Of a stretch of 64,000 nt of DNA, positions 38,420 to 59,779 are shown piece after piece. Numbering within the stretch: the stretch's first letter is position 1; every line of letters starts with the position of its first letter. Source of the stretch: the human T2T-CHM13v2.0 reference genome, Homo sapiens; NCBI RefSeq assembly GCF_009914755.1, contig NC_060941.1. One strand, written 5' to 3'. Made by a program: the position numbers and the translations under genes. The notes below the pieces were generated by a model. The model saw only the letters and a program-made list of their open reading frames with translations. It made no database searches and had not been told where the DNA came from.

Positions 38420-39060
38420 CAGATCAAAGTGGTCATCAATATCTTCTCTACTGGCTTCTTCCTCTCAGCCTAGGAATTTACTCAAGTATCTTCTGCCCTC
38501 AGTACAGCCTCTCTCTCATACTTAATTGCCCAAATATCTCTCTTTCCCTTTACCCCAAAACTTCTCTAAGAATAGTATAAATAACTGTCTCTGCACTCTT
38601 CACTCTTCCATAATCTGGATTTCACCCCCTACTGCTCTGGCAAAGGTGACCAGTAATCTTATTATCAAATCCAATGGTCAAACCTCAGTCCCCATTCTAT
38701 CTGACTTCTCTGAAGCACTGGACAATACCGACCTTCTTCTAATTCTTTCCTGATGTCCTTGTACTATCATCCTCTTCTCTTCCTCCTGGACCCTTAAATG
38801 CTGGTGCTGCACAAGGTCCCTTCTGCCCTCTTCTCTCTCAACAACCACTAGTATGGTGAGGTTTCTTAACCATAAGAAAAACTTCTGAGCTGCACTAATC
38901 AAGATTCCTATAACCTCTATGTTCCTCAAGCCCCCTGAAGCTCAGAATTCACTTTCTCCTTCCAGCACACTATTCCGCATCCTGTTTCATTACCTTAAGT
39001 AATGACACTGCTTTTATTTAGTAACCAAGCTAAAAATCTCAGTCATTTGCCTCTGTTTGA
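38420..39060. mobile_element. L2 fragment
   Basis: actgctctggcaaaggtgaccagt...aaatccaatggtcaa...tgacttctctgaagca are L2 ORF2 motifs. Confidence 0.7.
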
Positions 39061-39116
39061 TCCCCCTTGATCTATGTGGTCTGGGAGCCAAAGGAAACAT
39101 ACGTAAAGAACTAAGC

Positions 39117-40689
<1,573 letters not shown>

Positions 40690-40879
40690 GACTAAGCACC
40701 CCCCTCCCTGCCCCAAATGAGGGCAATCTCCAATTTAATCAAAAATGCTTATCTTTGGAGCAATACCAACACAGGATGGTAGGCCCTACAGGACCACAGT
40801 AAGCTTCTTTATAGTATGACAATTTGAATCATTAACATAAAAATACTCAAATAAATGACTGAGAAAACATTATTCATAA

Positions 40880-41476
<597 letters not shown>

Positions 41477-42008
41477 TGACAGTACTAATTCCTGTTATTA
41501 AACATTGTGTTATAGACCAGTTGACAGCTGGACCAATATAGTTGTTAAAAATATTTTGAGTCACTTTTATAATATGCAAAGGGTTTTTCCCATGGACAAA
41601 CGAAAATCACTACCAGATAATTCCCATCAATTCAATCTCCTCCCCTTTTGAATGTCAATATGTAGTTGATATGAGCAATGCAAGGAGGCATATTATCAGT
41701 GCCAGATGATTAATACAACATGTGAAGAGTAATTGTACCCTACTGCCTGACAGCACTACAGTAAGACTTAGCAAGGGCAGGAAACAGCTTCCCTCTGAGG
41801 ACCCAAGCAAGGGCACAAATATGCTTTATGACTTACATAAAACTTAGGAAAACCCAGGCTCACTCCAGCACAAATGAAAAAGAGGGTCATAATTAACATC
41901 ACATCACAGAAGGTGCTTAAGTAGTAAACTTCTCAAAGTTATTCTGAGATTATTCAATTCTTTAAAGCTTACAACTTTAAGAAAAAATGCCGGCTTAAAT
42001 CCCATCTA

Positions 42009-42312
<304 letters not shown>

Positions 42313-43384
42313 TCCCATCTACTCCAAGACTTCTCTGAAATGATGTCTATGAACTTGACATTAACATATACACTTCAAAGACAATAGTTTATTTGATTTG
42401 CACTTTATCCTTGGTCTCAATATCCCCATAGGATACACAGCATAGTGTAGTTACTAAAACAATCATCTAAGTAAGGGGGTGGGGGAGGAGAGAGAGTGCA
42501 GAGAACAGGAAAAAGTGACCACTTTTTCCGAAAAAATTCCCATTCCTAATTCCTAAATCTTGAGATTTCTATACCAAAGAAATACCATTTATTGACTTGA
42601 CATACCTTTATTGACTCGAAATACTATGCTAAGATTCAACATTACTCCCAAAGATATTCATAAGTAAGAGGAGCACTGACTCAAGTGAGCAAATCTCAGT
42701 TCCCATCCTGGCTCCACCTCCTGTAGGTTACTTAACTATTCTGTTCTTTAAGTCTCCTCATCTACAAGTAACAGAGCCTTCCCGACAAGGATGCTATGAT
42801 GATGAAATAAGATACTTTCAATTACTTGGCCACGTACCTGGAGCAACCACCCAGTATTATTTGCACTTTTATTACACTGGAAACAAAAAGGAAACATAGA
42901 AGGAATGAATTTCCATGGCTTTTTAATGCACCTAGTTTGCAATTAGCTACAATTGCCATAAACCACCACCTAAGTTTAGTACTTTAATCTTTTCCCTGTT
43001 ATGTCTAGACTTACTTTTAATATTTCATGATGTTGTTTATAATAAAAAGAAAACTGAATGCCAAAAACTCGGTTAAATTATTAAATATCCATACAATGGA
43101 ATACTGTGCAACCCTAAGTGTGGCAGAGCTATATTTACTAACATAGAAAAGTGCTTGCTTCATTATTAAATGAAAAAAAGTTACAAAACAAAACACAGTA
43201 TCATCTCAATTTTGCTTTAAAAAGTCATTGGTTAAGATTCTTTTGTCTTTTGTTTCTTGGCTTATGTAAAGTCTCCACCATAAACATGTATTACTTCTAT
43301 AATAAAATGGAGAGAAACAAAAAGAAAACAATGGAAATTCTTAAAGAGCCAATAACTAAGTAAAACAAAATCACAGTAACATTC

Positions 43385-43680
<296 letters not shown>

Positions 43681-44595
43681 CATAGTAACATTCTTAAATT
43701 TAATATACAGAGCAAAACAATGATTCCTATCCCACTTGACCCCTACAAAATTCAAAAAGCTTCAATCTTTGACAATGTAAAGCAGGGAAAGACTGTCAAA
43801 TTTAAGCAGTTCTTAGAGAAGCTCAGGGCTAAAGGAAAAAAAAACGAAAAACAAAAAAAGGAAGCAGTTCTACACAAACAGCACAACAGCCTATCTGATA
43901 AATCATCTTTCTCCAAAGAATACAAAGCCTTAAAAGCTATAATTAACTGATTAATCCTCATAACAACCTGGGCAGTAGAATTAGGGCTGAGATTATAATT
44001 TCTAATTTACCGGTGGGGATAAAGTCAGACTGTACATTCAGAATAAAAATTCAAGCCCCAAATATCCCAATTTTTAGTTCATTCAGTTAGTAAACTATAA
44101 TCTGACAAATACAGATGGAGCTGCTACACCTGCTGTCACTCACACAAATTGAGATTCTGCAGTAAGCTTGTACAGATAAAAGAAAAGGCTACCTATTCAA
44201 GGTCATTTAGCTATAAAAGGTTGGGCTAGATAATCAATAGTTTCTCTCTCAGTTTCAAAGAAGTATTTTAGGGTCTGGAAGATGTTAAATGCACTCAGCA
44301 AGCAAATACATTTCGGAAAAACTTCCCAGATGGAGACTCACAACGTATTGCATCATACTGAATATGCAAATGTTTACCTTTACCAAACTTTTTTAACAAG
44401 CACCTTTTTCCATTACATCTATTAATATCAAGCAGAAACATCATTGTGAGAAATACAAGTTGGGATAAAGTTCAAATATGTGACCTCTAGGGTCCCTTCC
44501 TATGTTAATTCTATTATTCTAAATTGCACCATCGGTCCAAGGACAAACTTCTACCTAACACAAGTGGCACTTGGGAAGCAAAAATATACTTCTAG

Positions 44596-44815
44596 GATAG
44601 AGTTTCTCAACCTAACCACTAACTGACATCTCACGATGAGTAATCTATCACAGGGGGCTATCCTGGCAGTAGCATGTTTAGCAACATCTCTGTTTTCCAC
44701 CCACTAGATGCTAGTAGTGCCCTTCTGAAAATTATGACAATCAAAAATGTCTCCAGACATGTCAAATATGGGAGCTGGGGGGTTCAACATCACACCTCCC
44801 AACAGAGAACCATAT
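44596..44815. mobile_element. MER20
   Basis: gtttctcaacct...gtttagcaacatctct...cccactagatgctagtag...tgacaatcaaaaatgtctccagacat. Confidence 0.75.
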
Positions 44816-45390
44816 CCTAAAGATTATACACACACATATATATACTCTTTCAAAAGCAAAACGTATCCAGCTGCTTCAAATACTGTAAGTCAGAACTAAC
44901 TCCACACCCACAAATGAAAACCTCATTTATTCCCAGTCAATTTCCAAGACAAGACTCCAGATACACAAGAATAACCTGGAAGCATCCACCTTGCAAAAAT
45001 ATTTAGCTGCAGAGAACAAAGGGGAAGGAATAGGTCATCCAGGTGGCCAACAAGTATTACAACCACACTTGCACTGAAAGCAAAAGCAAAAATCAGATGG
45101 GGAAGAAAAGTTTGCCCATAATGTGGCTTCTACTAACCTCTTCCTTCACCATTACCTCATTTCTCTACACAAAGGACGGAAAGAAACAGCAGGAAGGATG
45201 ATTAGGGAAGTGTCCATGAAGTTGCCGCAATTTTAGCTGAGACTTGAAAATTAGCTAAAATGTCATTATGCAAAAGGCTAGGACAAGAGAATGGTAATGT
45301 GGCATTCTAGTGAGAGGAAATGGCATAAGAAAAGGCAACGCTGTGTGGGAAAAGGCGACATTCTGAAGGTTAAAAGAAATGAACAATTTG

Positions 45391-47336
<1,946 letters not shown>

Positions 47337-48199
47337 CTCACACCTTTTTAATGAGTTCAAATTCTTCAAGATGAAACTTAACGTCAGGGCAAGCACATCA
47401 ATTGATACGGACCCAGAACTCCCCACAGATTCCCAACTCCGTATCTTTGCCTATGTTGCTACCTCTACCTGGAAGGTCCTTCTTCTACTTTTTTTTTTTG
47501 TCCCCAAACTTACTAATTTTTCAATACATAGCATCTCCACAAAAACTTCTTAGACTCTTCCAATTCATATCACTTTCTTCCTGCTTGAATTGTATAATGC
47601 ACTTAAAGTCACTGTCATTCAGTTCAAATTATCTGAATTTTCCCTAATTGTTAACTAATTCTATTTCCAAGACAAGCAAAATTCCTTAACAGCACCCTTC
47701 TTTAGCGTGCTAACTTTATCGAGAGCTTGGTACATAGTAAGTGCTGTAAGCCCTAAATGACTGGACTAGAGAAGTCAAAAAGGCCTCGTGGGGGTTGCCC
47801 TCAAGTGTAAGATTTTACTAAGAAGAGAAAAAGGAGGAAACACGAATCAAAAAATTGACACAATCAAAATAATGGGAAAGACGTGGGGCATGATCCACAA
47901 AACAACTTGCATGAATCAGGTGGTATATGTACAGCTTCTCAAGAGAAAGAGAGGAAAAGAACAGTGATTTGTGATGAAGTACTGCAAGCTACATTATGGA
48001 ATGCACTGCAAAGTATTTATTTTACATATGAACAAAAGTAGATTTGTTGTGGAATACAATGGGGAAGGAGAGACAAAATTTTTACTATAAAACAAAGAGA
48101 TAATGTGTGTCACCCACAAGACCATTATCAATTTCCTTGGCCAACAGGGCTTCTTAACTGAAAAAGCTTTATATTACTAAAGGAATCATTCCTGAGTGC

Positions 48200-48440
48200 A
48201 GGATAGGTTATTACAAATGTTGTTCACTAACATTAATTAGCGTTTTACTATGTCAATCACTATGCTAAGTATCTTACATATATTCTCTTAATCTTCACAA
48301 TAACAATGTAAGGTAAGTACTACTGTCCTCATTTTATAGATGCTCAAAGAAGTTAAGTAATTTGCCCATGATCACACAACTATGAAGTTGCAGGGGCAGG
48401 ATCCATAATGCTAAAGCCGATGCTTTTAACTACTACACTA
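48200..48440 (-). mobile_element. MIR
   Basis: ttaatcttcacaataac...ctcattttatagatg...gaagttaagtaatttgcccatgatcacaca. Confidence 0.75.
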
Positions 48441-48748
48441 GATAGTTTAAGGCTTAAACTGAAACGGTCTTAACTGCCTGACAGTAAATTCTGAATTTTA
48501 GTCTTTAGAGGAAAGTCAGTCAAAGAACACCAACTACCTACTGAGTATCTCCAATAAATATTAAAATGCCTAGAGTATTCAAAGCACCACAGTAAGTACA
48601 TACAAGGATGACAAGCAGCAGTAAAGAGAGACACTACTGTGTGATTTGGGGGATGGAGGCAATCCTCATACAGGCTGAGAAGTAGGCGGAGTCAGAAAAT
48701 GCTTTTCAGAAAAAAGAACATCCAGGCTGAAACCTAAAGAATGAGTAG

Positions 48749-49530
48749 GAGCTGGGTGCAGTGGCAGGCGCCTGTATTTCCAGTTACTCAGGAGGCAGGA
48801 GGATGGCTTCAGGCAAGGAGTTCAAGGCCAGCCTAGGCAACATAGCCCCCATCTAAAAAAGCCACCCAAACAAAAACACTAATTTTTTTTTTTTAAATGA
48901 TGGCCTACCATGGTAGCTCACACTTATAAGCCCAGCACCTTGGGAGGCCAAGGCAGGAGGATCGCCTGAGCCCAGGAGGAGTTTGAGACTAGCCTAGACA
49001 ACACACTGAGACCCAGTCTCTAAAAAAATAATAATTAGCTGGGCATAGTGGGAGGGTCACTTGAGCCTGGCGGGTGGAGGTCGCAGTGAGCTGTTATCAC
49101 GCCACTGCACTCCAGCCTGGGTTACAGAGCAAGATTCTGTCTCAAAAGAAGGAAAAGAGGAGAGGGGAGGAGAGAGGAGAGAGGAGAGAGGAGACAGGGG
49201 AGAGGGGAGAGGAGGTGAGAGAAGAAAAGGAGGGAAAGAAGGAAGGAGGGAGGGAAGGAAGGGAAGGAGTAGGGCCGGGAGAGGTGGCTCACGCCTGTAA
49301 TTCCAGCACTTTGGGAGGCCAAGGCAGGAAGATCACTTGAGGTCAGGAGTTTGAGACCAGCCTGGCCAACACAGCGAAACCCCGTCTTTGCCTGTAATCC
49401 CAGCTATTCAGAAGGCTGAGGTACAAGAATCACCTGAATCTGGGAGGCAGCGGCTGCAGTGAGCTGAGATGGCACCACTGCACTCCAGCGTAGGCGACAG
49501 AATGAGACTGTCTCCAAAAAAACAAAAAGA
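48749..49530 (+). mobile_element. Alu monomer, AluJ (48902-49147) and internally deleted Alu (49273-49530) around a purine tract
   Basis: Alu motifs. Confidence 0.82.
49144..49269 (+). repeat. Polypurine (GA/GGA/GGAA) low-complexity tract
   Basis: About 125 nt with only two pyrimidines. Confidence 0.9.
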
Positions 49531-50398
49531 AAGAAATGAGTAGAATTCAGCATTGCCTATACAACTACTTCAAGCATCCCATATTCAAAACCCATTCCCT
49601 GCCCCAACACCAAATCCAAAACTTCCTCCTGCTCCTCAACATTGTCTATTTGAGTTAATCATGACCTCAAATCACCAACTTACTTTTTACCATAAATATT
49701 TAATTTAAACATCTACTAAATGCCAGATACAAGATAGTAAAATATAAATTAGGTGTGAAGGTAGCCTAGCTTGATAAAGTACTGTATTTCACCTGAAGGG
49801 GTCAAGGAAGGCTTCTAGAAAAGATGACATACTGACTGAATTTTGAAAGGTGAGGTGGTGCACAGAGGGTGAGGGTTGGCAACACACAGAATGACAGGCA
49901 CATTCATTCCATCCTTGGTGCCAATGCCCTAGTGCAGAACCTCATTATGTACTATAGTAATTCAGGCAGTAATAATCTCCCAACTATTCTTCCTTCTTCC
50001 TGTCTCAGCAAGCCTCTAATCTAGCGTCCACTACCAAAATGATTATTAGAAAGGGAAGAAAAAAGGAAAGGAGGGGGTAAACCTAAATCTAACCATTTAA
50101 AATCTTTCACTGACTCTAGAGTAAGGATGAGTCCAAATTCCCCACACACCATTATCTGTCCCCTTTTTACATTAGACCTCATCTCCAGCCTGTCCTCACT
50201 GCAGCCACCTGAAACATATGTTTCCTGGCTCTTCTATGCCCCTGCACCTTTACTCATGCTACTCTTTCACGGTTCAGCTCAAGGTTACATGCTCTTTCAA
50301 GTATTCCCCATTACTCCCAGGTTGAGGTGGGGTCCCTCCCTCTAGGCTCTTACCTGCACCCCCATGACACCCTGGCTATTGCTCATGGTACAATATAA

Positions 50399-52632
<2,234 letters not shown>

Positions 52633-54348
52633 AGGCTGGTATTTCTATGAAGTGTCTCTCCTATACTAGAAACCAGAAACTAGCTACAGTACTTAGCTTT
52701 GAGCCTCTTTCCCTTCACACCCTCTGGTGGAGGTGCTAACAAACAGTCACAAAGGCCAAATAACAAGCAGCAAGAGGAAAGTCTAGATATGAGTTCTTAG
52801 CAATTTTTGGTTTAACATCCTAACAACAAAATTGTTATTCCTCTTTTTTATTCCCTAATACTTACCTTCCAACTGAATTTAACCAAGTCTAACCTTAAGC
52901 TCTCCCCTTTTTAAAAAGGAATTAAAAGGTGAGGGACTCCATTAAGTTTGATGTCACTCAAGCAACTTTTTCCAAATAAGAGCAGAATCTGCTGTAATTA
53001 AAATTCAGAGTAAGATCTCATTTTGGATTCCTGGTTCAGGTTACAAGAACCAGAGTTTTTAAAATAACATTTAGATAAAACTGCACTCAATCTACCTCCA
53101 CTTTGCATTTCCTGACCCTCAAAATCTTGGAAAGAAACTTTAATTCTAAAAAAATTACAGCCAGGAAAAAAAAGGGTAAGTTCACAGTCAGCAACAATAA
53201 AATACACAGCTAAATAATTTCCTGGTAGAGGGCTTTCAAATGTTAACACTGTGGAAGCAGCTTAAAATCTTGGAAAAGCAAGGCTTGCAGAAAGTAACAT
53301 TTATTAAACAACTATTTTGCCGCATTGTGCTACTAAATGGGGAAGGTCTACTCTATTTAAAAGGTCTCTTCCACCTTAAAGGGACTCTTTGCATAAAGGT
53401 TTAAAATCTTCATATAAAATGTTTGATTTTTTTCTTTCAGACTGCCCAAACTCATTTGTTTTTGATTCATAAACATGAGCTGTGTTTTCTACTTTGGTCA
53501 AGTCAGTTTCCGCACTCTATTTTAGCTTTACCTTTATTCTACCAAAGACAAGAAAATGCTTAATAAAGAAAAATATATATTGCAGCTCTTTTTGGAGTCC
53601 AAGTATTTTGGTAAATCACACCTTTTGGCTTATTTTCTCCTATGTATTTTGTTCTACATCCTAAAAGGCACATGGCTTAAAAAAGAAACAAATAATAATA
53701 GTTACCCCCTGCCATACTAGTCATCTCCTATGACCCACAATCCTCCCCTCAATCTGCAAGTGACACCCAAGGATATCACTTACCTCCTATATCTTCTGAT
53801 AGCCTTCAAACGCTGGTGAACTCTAGTACAGTGGATATTTGTCTTTTCTAATTCATACTGTCTTCTACAGCCATAGTGTGGTTCAACTGAGTTTTGATCT
53901 CACATTTCAGGGAATGGGAAGTACTGATGAGGGAAACTTATCTTGTCATATAAACTATTGTTCTGCACAACTTTTAGTATGCCCAGAGGTATATACGCAA
54001 CTTATCAGCATAGAAACTGTAATTTAAACATACATCTTCAGAAGCAACATGAGAACTAAAAAAGTCTTAAAACAGACTTCCAAGAAACAGTTATGAAGTC
54101 CAATTTTAGGAAAAAGACATGATCCAAGTGTTCTTTGCACTGACACAGTAGGCAAGCCAGGTGTCTGGGGCCATTTTACTTAAGAACCTGCCCTGTACTC
54201 CTTTCTTAAGGTAAGTAAGTAAAGAGGCACTAAGGTAAAATACGCTTCCCAAGACATAGACTAATCAAATCACTCAAGGCAGGAACATTTAAAATGAAGA
54301 AAGAGTACAACGAAAGCTGCTTTAAAACTCTAAATAAGACAAGCAAGG

Positions 54349-55564
<1,216 letters not shown>

Positions 55565-57370
55565 CTAATCAGAACCTCTCAATACTAAAATACCTTCTCA
55601 AACAACCACAACACCCCTATGTTTACAGAGTACACAAATCAGGTCATAACGAACAGAACAAACCTAAAACTTCTTATTCACTTTAAAATGCAATTAAAAC
55701 CTGTGGTCAACTCAATCCTCTACAGAAGACGCAGAGACACTGGTTACAATGTAGCATTACTAGAGATGGAAGAGTAGCCTTAGTGACAGTGAAGAAAAAA
55801 GTTTAGTATAGTTACTTCACTTTCTTCTCACCTTGATATGAGTTCACAAGTGAACTAAGGCCTACTCATTTTCTAACTTCCAGAATTTTCCTCAACAGGA
55901 AACACTCACGTAACAAAGAGTGCTCTGCAGGTTTAACCAGAGAAATAACATGTGTAGGCAGGAAGAAAGAAAATCAGACAAAAATTTAACATCTCACGTT
56001 GGTAAAGCACCAAAGTCAAATACGAATGTTCTGAACGTGGCTTTCAGAAAAGATGCAAGAAAACTTCTAAAATACTTCACTTCAGTGGACTCATATAGAT
56101 GGAAAGACCGAAAATCCCACCCTACCATAAAGGCTCTAATAATTCTTAACTGATCATTCTTTTAACTGGTCACAATCACAGACACTGGTATATACTCAAA
56201 TGAGGTGGCCATCAGTGACAACCATCTTCACCATAATATAGACATTAAGAACCTTTGTAACATTTAATGTTTCCCTCCAAGTAGTTCAAAAAATAAAAAG
56301 TCAATCACCTCAAATTATGAGGTACTAACAAATACACCAAATATGCTAAAGGTCGAAGGAACGGCACACTTTGTTGCATAAACCTAGTGGAAATCCAATT
56401 CAGAATTTCATGACTGAAGGTAGTTATTCCACATTTATAATACATTTTTTAAATTCCCAAGGGATGAGCATTTTTACCTTGCCTTATTTTTAGAACTACA
56501 CATCACACTGCACATATCACATGACATGATGTAACTGTTAGCAAAGAAAATGGTCCAAACCATTGACAATGTACATGGTAAATCAGGATCAATGCATACT
56601 CAAGAACCACATTTCGTATTTACTTTAAAAAAAAAGTTTCTTAATTCAAAATGTTTTTTCAAATTGAAAAAATGTCTAGTAACCTATGTAGAAAAAACCA
56701 GAAATGTACTTCGTATTTTATAAAATAGGAGTTTACCCAATTATGGGAAAAACTGATATAAAGAAACAGATAAAGGAATAACATACTTCTAAAACTACAG
56801 GATTAAAAGTAAAAATTTTCTAGATCAACACCGAAATGCTAATAAATACACTTAGCATTAGGCACAAAACAATTACTACTCAAAAGTATTCACTGTTGAT
56901 AGGTTAAAAAAATAGTTTTAACTGACAACGCCTGTAGACAATTGAAATTTTCTAAATTGGTCAGACAGCATGCTAGAAAAGGAACCAAGTAGAGCCTATA
57001 GGAAAGGGGAAAGGGAAAACACACCCACTTAAGCCTTTGTAAATAGTGGTCCTTTAACTGACCCAAAAAGCAGAGAAAACAGAAATTACAGACCATCCTG
57101 ACAAATGGAAAACATATTCTAACGTACTAGTTTCCATACTTGAAAGGACTTTCAAAATGAAGTTCAGTAGCAATCTATAACTATATCATGATTATGCAAG
57201 GCAAAGATTATGTAATTTTATCGTTTATTTTAAAATGTTCTCCGACTCTAAAACTAAAACAAGTAAAACGTTTTGATCTCTCCAAAGCGAAAAGGAAAGG
57301 TTCCTCTGAGCTGCAATTTAAAAATATAAACACACACCCCAAAACAAACAAAAAAACACAATGATTGCTA

Positions 57371-57380
57371 GCCACGTGAC
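57371..57380 (-). promoter_or_regulatory. USF/MiT-TFE-type E-box GTCACGTGGC in proximal intron 1
   Basis: Exact GTCACGTG core with retained CpG in a repeat-free region next to the CpG island. Confidence 0.5.
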
Positions 57381-58008
57381 AAAGGAGATGGCAACACCAG
57401 GATTGTGAATGGAGGGGAGGGAGGCGAGGCTGGAGGAAGAGAGATTTCTCGGAACTTTGGGGACCGCGGCAGTCGGTCTGCCGACCCTAGGAGCACTAAA
57501 CTCCAGCCCCTACGAGTTGTGCTTCTAACACCCTCAAGTACAGTTTTATTAATAAGTCACAGAAAATGCTCCAGTGACCTCCAGGATAAAGGGGGGTGGG
57601 GGGGACCGAGGAAAAGGAAAGAGAGCAATTTAAAGTGGCGCCATCATGTCACCCCTTCTCCCCTAAAGCAATCAGTAAGCAATAGTTAAGTAGCACGTTT
57701 CTCTATAAATCCACATTGGGATTCCAACATTGGAAAACGAGGATTTTTAAGTAAGACACGGGAGTAGCGCTGTTTATCGTATGGAAAACAAACTATTTGC
57801 TAAGAATCAAAAGACCGTCAGCCGGAAAACAGGCCCCCAAAAAGGCAGTTAAGATTCCAACTCACTTAAAAGCAAATAAATCCCTCTTCCTCTTTAGTTT
57901 AAAAAAAAAAAAAGTCCGCCTGAGGGAGACTACATCTGAAAACGTAAGTGACCTGAATTTACAGGCAACAAAAATAATAAATGAAACAATCAGAGTTGTG
58001 ATACAAAC

Positions 58009-58390
58009 CGTGCAACGCGCCAAGATGTGTGTTTCGAGCAGAGAAAGGCCTTTTGCAGTCAAGAGAAGTTCAAGGCGAGAGCCAGAGTTTGTTTGGGGGG
58101 TTCTTTTACGGGAATAAATCATGTTCTTCAGGCCGCCTTTTTAAATAGAACGCCAAAGGAAAAGCTGGCGAACGAGGCGGCAGCTCCTGGGGAAGGGCCC
58201 CCGCACACCCCCGCCCTTGGGGCGACTCCCAGCCCGGACCCGCAGCAGGGAAGCCCGGAGAGGCCATTTAAAGTTCCGGGGGATTTTTCTACCCTGCCCT
58301 GCCTTTCTAGTTACAACTAACAAAGAGAGAGAGAAATGGGAGCCACAGGGAGAGCGAGGAGAAGGAGAAAGGGCAGCAGGAGGAGGAGGA
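58009..58390 (-). other. KANSL1: Candidate alternative first exon of KANSL1 (downstream TSS)
   Basis: Possible donor GCACG|GTTTGT at 58009/58008, preceded by a CT-rich initiator-like tract around 58390-58320. Another candidate donor TTTAA|GTGAGT lies at 57866/57865. Boundaries are partly from recollection of older RefSeq models and are unverified. Confidence 0.45.
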
Positions 58391-58412
58391 GAGGAGCAGC
58401 AGCAACACCTAC

Positions 58413-59019
58413 CACGTGATGGAGGAGCGTAGCCCGGGCGGATTCAGCCCCACAAAATGGGCGCAGTTTGCAAACAGCCCCCCGGCCTGGGCGCCGAGGG
58501 CCAGCGGCGGGCGGGGGCGCGCGACGGCGGCTCCGGCCCGGGCCCGCCGCTCTCCTCCCCCCGACGCCCGGAGCCGCCCTGACTTTCCGGGCGGGGGGGC
58601 GAGGCAGAGGGGGAGGGGAAGGCGGCGGCGGGGAGCGGCTGCTTTTTCTTCTCTTTCGGGCCCTTTCCCGGCCTTGCTCCGCACCGACGGGGCCCGAGCA
58701 CGGCTGGAGACCGCAGCCCGGCCGGGAGGGCGGGCGGGCGGGGGCAGAGAGTGAAACCGCCCCCCCGCCCCGCACAAACAAGCACCGCCGTCTGCAGCCC
58801 GAACCCGCACCCAGGCCGCCACCCCCGGCCGCCTCTTTCCAGCCGGGGAGCGCGCTTCAGCCGCCCCCCGCGCCGCCGCGGCAAGACGAGTCGGCTTCGC
58901 TACGGTGCTCGGTTCTCCCGCCGGCTCGGCGAGCGGTGGCGGCGGTGGCGGCGGCACTGGGAAAATGGCGGCCGAGCTCCTTTTCCCTCCCCCCCTTTAA
59001 TCTGAAGCGGAGGGAGAAT
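58413..59019 (-). other. KANSL1: KANSL1 non-coding exon 1 (main first exon, GC-rich, no upstream ATG)
   Basis: Donor CACGTG|GTAGGT at 58413/58412. An Inr-consensus CCATTCT with A at 59019 suggests the TSS. Lies in the CpG island. The size agrees with my recollection of the annotated exon; the TSS is approximate. Confidence 0.75.
58962..58973 (+). promoter_or_regulatory. YY1 motif AAAATGGCGGCC about 50 nt downstream of the KANSL1 TSS
   Basis: Match to YY1 consensus AANATGGCGGC, in the typical position just inside the 5'UTR of CpG-island promoters. Confidence 0.7.
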
Positions 59020-59765
59020 GGAGCGAGCGAGCAAGCGGGCGAGCGCCGGGGACACGGGGAGGAGGGACAGCAGCGCCTCCGCCGGCTGCGGCTGCGGCGG
59101 CGAAGGGCCGCTCCACCCCGGCGCGCCGCCAGGGGGCGCCCGCCGCGCCGCCCCCGCGGGCCGCCAGGAGGCGCGGCCGCCGCCGCCTCAGTCATGGCTC
59201 CTCGCCGTGGCCGATGTTTTTGTACCTCCATCTGCGGAGGCCGCGGCGCCCGGCCCCAGCTGCCCCGGACGTGCGGCGACGGCACGCAGCACTGCGGCAG
59301 GGGGAAGCCAGCCCTCGCTGCGGCCGAGGTGAGTCTAACCTGAGGCACTGACGCCGTCACATGCCCTCCGTGCTGGGGCCGGCGGTGCGGCTCGCCAGTT
59401 GAGGGGCAGGGCGGGCCGGCGCCGCGGAGCGAGAGGACGTGAGCGAGGAACTGTTTGCACTGTGTAGTAAAGAGGGTAAGGCCGTCGGCACCACACTATT
59501 CCAAGGCTAACCCTGCAGAAAGCTCCCTGACCAGTGAAGCGGCTTCCGCCGCCCGCCCTTTGTCCCTAGCAGCCAGCCTCCGTATACTGCAGCACGGCTG
59601 GGCACTAGCCCCAGCACCGCGCTCCGCAGCCACCAGAGTTGGGCGGGGTGGGGAGGGTGCACGTAGTCACTGCGCAGGCCCCAGCCAGGGCCCGCGCCGG
59701 GCCAGCCCGGGAAGGGACAGCCGGGAGCCAGAGGGGAAGTGATGGCCCCGCCGGCGCCGGGCCCG

Positions 59766-59779
59766 CTGGGAACTGTAGT
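59766..59779 (+). promoter_or_regulatory. ZNF143/THAP11(Ronin)-type motif CTGGGAACTGTAGT
   Basis: Reverse complement ACTACAGTTCCCAG matches ACTACANNTCCCAG, a motif enriched at bidirectional promoters. Confidence 0.65.

Noticed and set aside
58317-59360. Long overlapping Pro/Arg/Gly/Ala-rich ORFs on both strands (up to 291 aa)
   Set aside because: Expected from stop-codon depletion in a CpG island; most start at GTG/TTG and resemble no protein. Only the ATG at 59194 was kept as a hypothesis.
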